A DNA stretch of 17,993 bases from Gemmatimonadaceae bacterium. GTDB taxonomy: Bacteria; Gemmatimonadota; Gemmatimonadetes; Gemmatimonadales; Gemmatimonadaceae. Location: NCBI GenBank assembly GCA_040902005.1, contig JBBDYA010000054.1:12083-30075 (forward strand), written 5' to 3'. The notes under the pieces are model-generated. The model searched no databases and was not told the origin of the DNA. It worked only from the letters and a program-made list of their open reading frames with translations. The position numbers and the translations under genes are program-made. Shown here one piece after another: positions 15,819-17,993 of the stretch (the stretch's first letter is position 1; each line of letters opens with the position of its first letter).

Positions 15819-16375
15819 CGGATTGTATGTCATTTACGGCAGGAAGACGGCCACGGCCTTCCTCGAAGTCTACGCCGAACAGTCAGCTGCGCCCCGAGGC
15901 ACCAGACCATGAGTGGGTCGTGGATCGAAGTCCTCCCGACCCGGAGCTGCTGCAGCGCACCACAAGCGAGACAGGCACATCGAGATCGCCGCACACTGGC
16001 TGAAGGAGATGGCGCATCCATGACCTCGGTCATCAGCACCGGGTCTGCGAAGGTCCGATCCGTTCCGAGGGTGGAACCCCATGGAGACTGTTCCACGGTA
16101 GGAACCCCATGAGCAGAAGGGGGATTCTCGGACACATAGCTCTCGGTAATCAGTCGGGCTGGCTAGCCACCAGCGCCGCGACCTCGCCAGCCAGTCCGTG
16201 CGCGCGTCATCGTACAGCGACACGATGATCTCTCGACGATGAAGCAGAGCTATTAGCAGCCGGACGCCGCGACAATGCTGCGCGTCGTCGAGAACACACC
16301 TGAGGTGCCCGGCGGACTCACTCTGGACACACCGCGCAAGCAAACTGGCGGGGAGCCAACGTCCTGGATGCGCGT

Positions 16376-17350
16376 TCAGATCTCCCAGTTCGACAACACC
16401 ATGCCGCGTTCCGGCCGGCGCTCGGAATATCCCTGCAGCGTCATGCGCAGATCCGACCACCGCACCCGCGCGCGCATGGCGACGAGCCTCGAGTATGCGG
16501 TCTCATAGTCCCCCTGCACGCGGATGGACACGCGGCGCGTGCCGCTGCGGCGCGCAAAGTCGCACAGCAGCCGCATCATCTCGTCGAACGCGGACAGGTC
16601 CAGCAGCGCGAGCTTGAGGACGCGCAGATCCTCCCGGGCGCGTCCCTCGACCAGCGGCGCGGTGTGGCAGAGCGCGAACCCGATGATCTCGTCCTCCTTG
16701 TACAGCAGCAGCGTGTCGCCGAGCGCGAGCTCGTCCGTGAGCTGGATCTCGCGGGTGTGGTCGTACGCCGGCTGAAGCGACGAGACGAGATCACGGCAGC
16801 GCGACAGCACGTCGTCCTTGTCGCGCGCGGCGAGTCGCCCGAACAGCGGCGCGGGGCGGTCCGCGTACATGGCATCCAGCGTGGTCGTGAGCGTGAGCCG
16901 GCCCGGCACGAAACCAAGCGCTGAATAGAAGCCGATGTTGTCCATGGTCCGCGGCATCGTTTCAAGGCCGATGGTGACCGCGCCGTGGACCTTCAGCCAC
17001 TCGATGCCACGCCGCACGATTTCCTTGCCTGCCCCGCCGCCCTGATGCTCGCTGCGCACCGCGATCGGGCCCATCCACCCTTCCACGCCCGATCGGTGGA
17101 CGATATTGAACGCGATGATTTCACCGCGCTCGCCACGCCAGATCATGGCGCCTTCGGCGGCGTCACGGATGGCATAGCGCCACACGGCCGGGTTCAGGAA
17201 AGGCACGCGCACGCCCGACATGCCGTCGCGCCGATACCGCTCGGTGAACGCCTCGCTGAAGACCTGATTCAACTCGTCCACCTCGTCGAGACGCGCCGGA
17301 TACGGGCCATCGAGCACGTGACTGGGACGCCAGGAACGCGAGGTCGCCAT
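16376..17350 (-). CDS. GNAT family N-acetyltransferase (probably tandem GNAT)
   Basis: GWMGPIAVRSEHQGGGAGKEIV acetyl-CoA motif and NIGFYSALGF; TGATG coupling to the upstream SMC-like gene. Confidence 0.88.
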   Translation of the reverse strand: MATSRSWRPSHVLDGPYPARLDEVDELNQVFSEAFTERYRRDGMSGVRVPFLNPAVWRYAIRDAAEGAMIWRGERGEIIAFNIVHRSGVEGWMGPIAVRSEHQGGGAGKEIVRRGIEWLKVHGAVTIGLETMPRTMDNIGFYSALGFVPGRLTLTTTLDAMYADRPAPLFGRLAARDKDDVLSRCRDLVSSLQPAYDHTREIQLTDELALGDTLLLYKEDEIIGFALCHTAPLVEGRAREDLRVLKLALLDLSAFDEMMRLLCDFARRSGTRRVSIRVQGDYETAYSRLVAMRARVRWSDLRMTLQGYSERRPERGMVLSNWEI

Positions 17351-17991
17351 CAGACGGCTCCGGCCACGGCGTACGCGTCGGCCGCGTCCAGGTCGGGGTC
17401 CACGGCGCCCGATTCGGACTCCACGCGCGATGCGCCGGCTTCCTCGTCGTAGCGCACCGAGAGCACGCGATCCAGCCCTTCGCGCACCGACTCGATATGC
17501 GTGATGAGCACCACCTGCTCGAAGCGATCGTGCAGCCGACGCAACAGCTCGACGACGTTGTGCCGCCGCGATTCGTCGAGCGAACCGAACACCTCATCGA
17601 GGATGAGGAGCGAGAACGACTGGCCGGCGCGCTCGGCGATCATCTGGGAAATGGCAAGACGCAGCACGAGATTCGCAAGGTCCTCCTCCCCACCCGAGAT
17701 GACCGGCTTTGGAATGCTGTCCTCCTTGACGATGATATTGTAGTCGTCATCCAGCTCCAGGTCGGTATACCGGCCGTTCGTCAGGTCGGCGAGGAATCCG
17801 CTCGCGAGATCGGCAATTTCCGGGCGCAGGTGCTGATTGAGGTCGCTCCGGATGTCCGTGAACGCCCGGTCGAGCTCCTCGTGCATGCGGCGATCCATGG
17901 TGAGCGCGCGCAGGCGCTCCTGCACCCGCTCGAGTTCCTGCCTGGTGGCGTCCGCCGCCGTGCGCGCGGCGCGGGCGCCCTCGAGCTCTTT
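17350..17991 (-). CDS. sbcC: SbcC/Rad50 SMC-family ATPase, C-terminal part (5' end lies outside the window)
   Basis: Signature ISGGEE, Walker B/D-loop LLILDEVFGSLD and H-loop VVLITH, preceded by coiled coil; the frame stays open to the window edge. Confidence 0.9.
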   Translation of the reverse strand, partial: KELEGARAARTAADATRQELERVQERLRALTMDRRMHEELDRAFTDIRSDLNQHLRPEIADLASGFLADLTNGRYTDLELDDDYNIIVKEDSIPKPVISGGEEDLANLVLRLAISQMIAERAGQSFSLLILDEVFGSLDESRRHNVVELLRRLHDRFEQVVLITHIESVREGLDRVLSVRYDEEAGASRVESESGAVDPDLDAADAYAVAGAV

Positions 17992-17993
17992 CT

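Overview
GC-rich bacterial chromosomal window; gene content and style suggest Gemmatimonadota (inference, not a database result). The left core block (34-6790) holds a ParA-family ATPase, a lipoprotein, a long-chain acyl-CoA ligase, a convergent pterin operon (PTPS with a CX5HGH motif, SDR, Trm112-like protein) preceded by a terminator-ended structured leader, a small membrane protein and a GT9 glycosyltransferase. The middle (about 6800-11450) has a non-coding, highly degenerate ~22-bp-period array of ~27 units with alternating inverted half-sites (7255-7839) directly upstream of an uncharacterised helical protein and a DUF2188 gene. It is followed by a Phd/YefM-RelE/ParE toxin-antitoxin pair, a DUF1059-ArsR-SRPBCC operon and a truncated ABC permease. 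An accessory island (about 11450-16370) carries orphan membrane/lipoprotein genes with remnant integron attC-like ends and no integrase. The right end has a GNAT acetyltransferase and the C-terminus of an SbcC/Rad50 ATPase. The most notable signal is the helically phased 22-bp array and its adjacent hypothetical protein.
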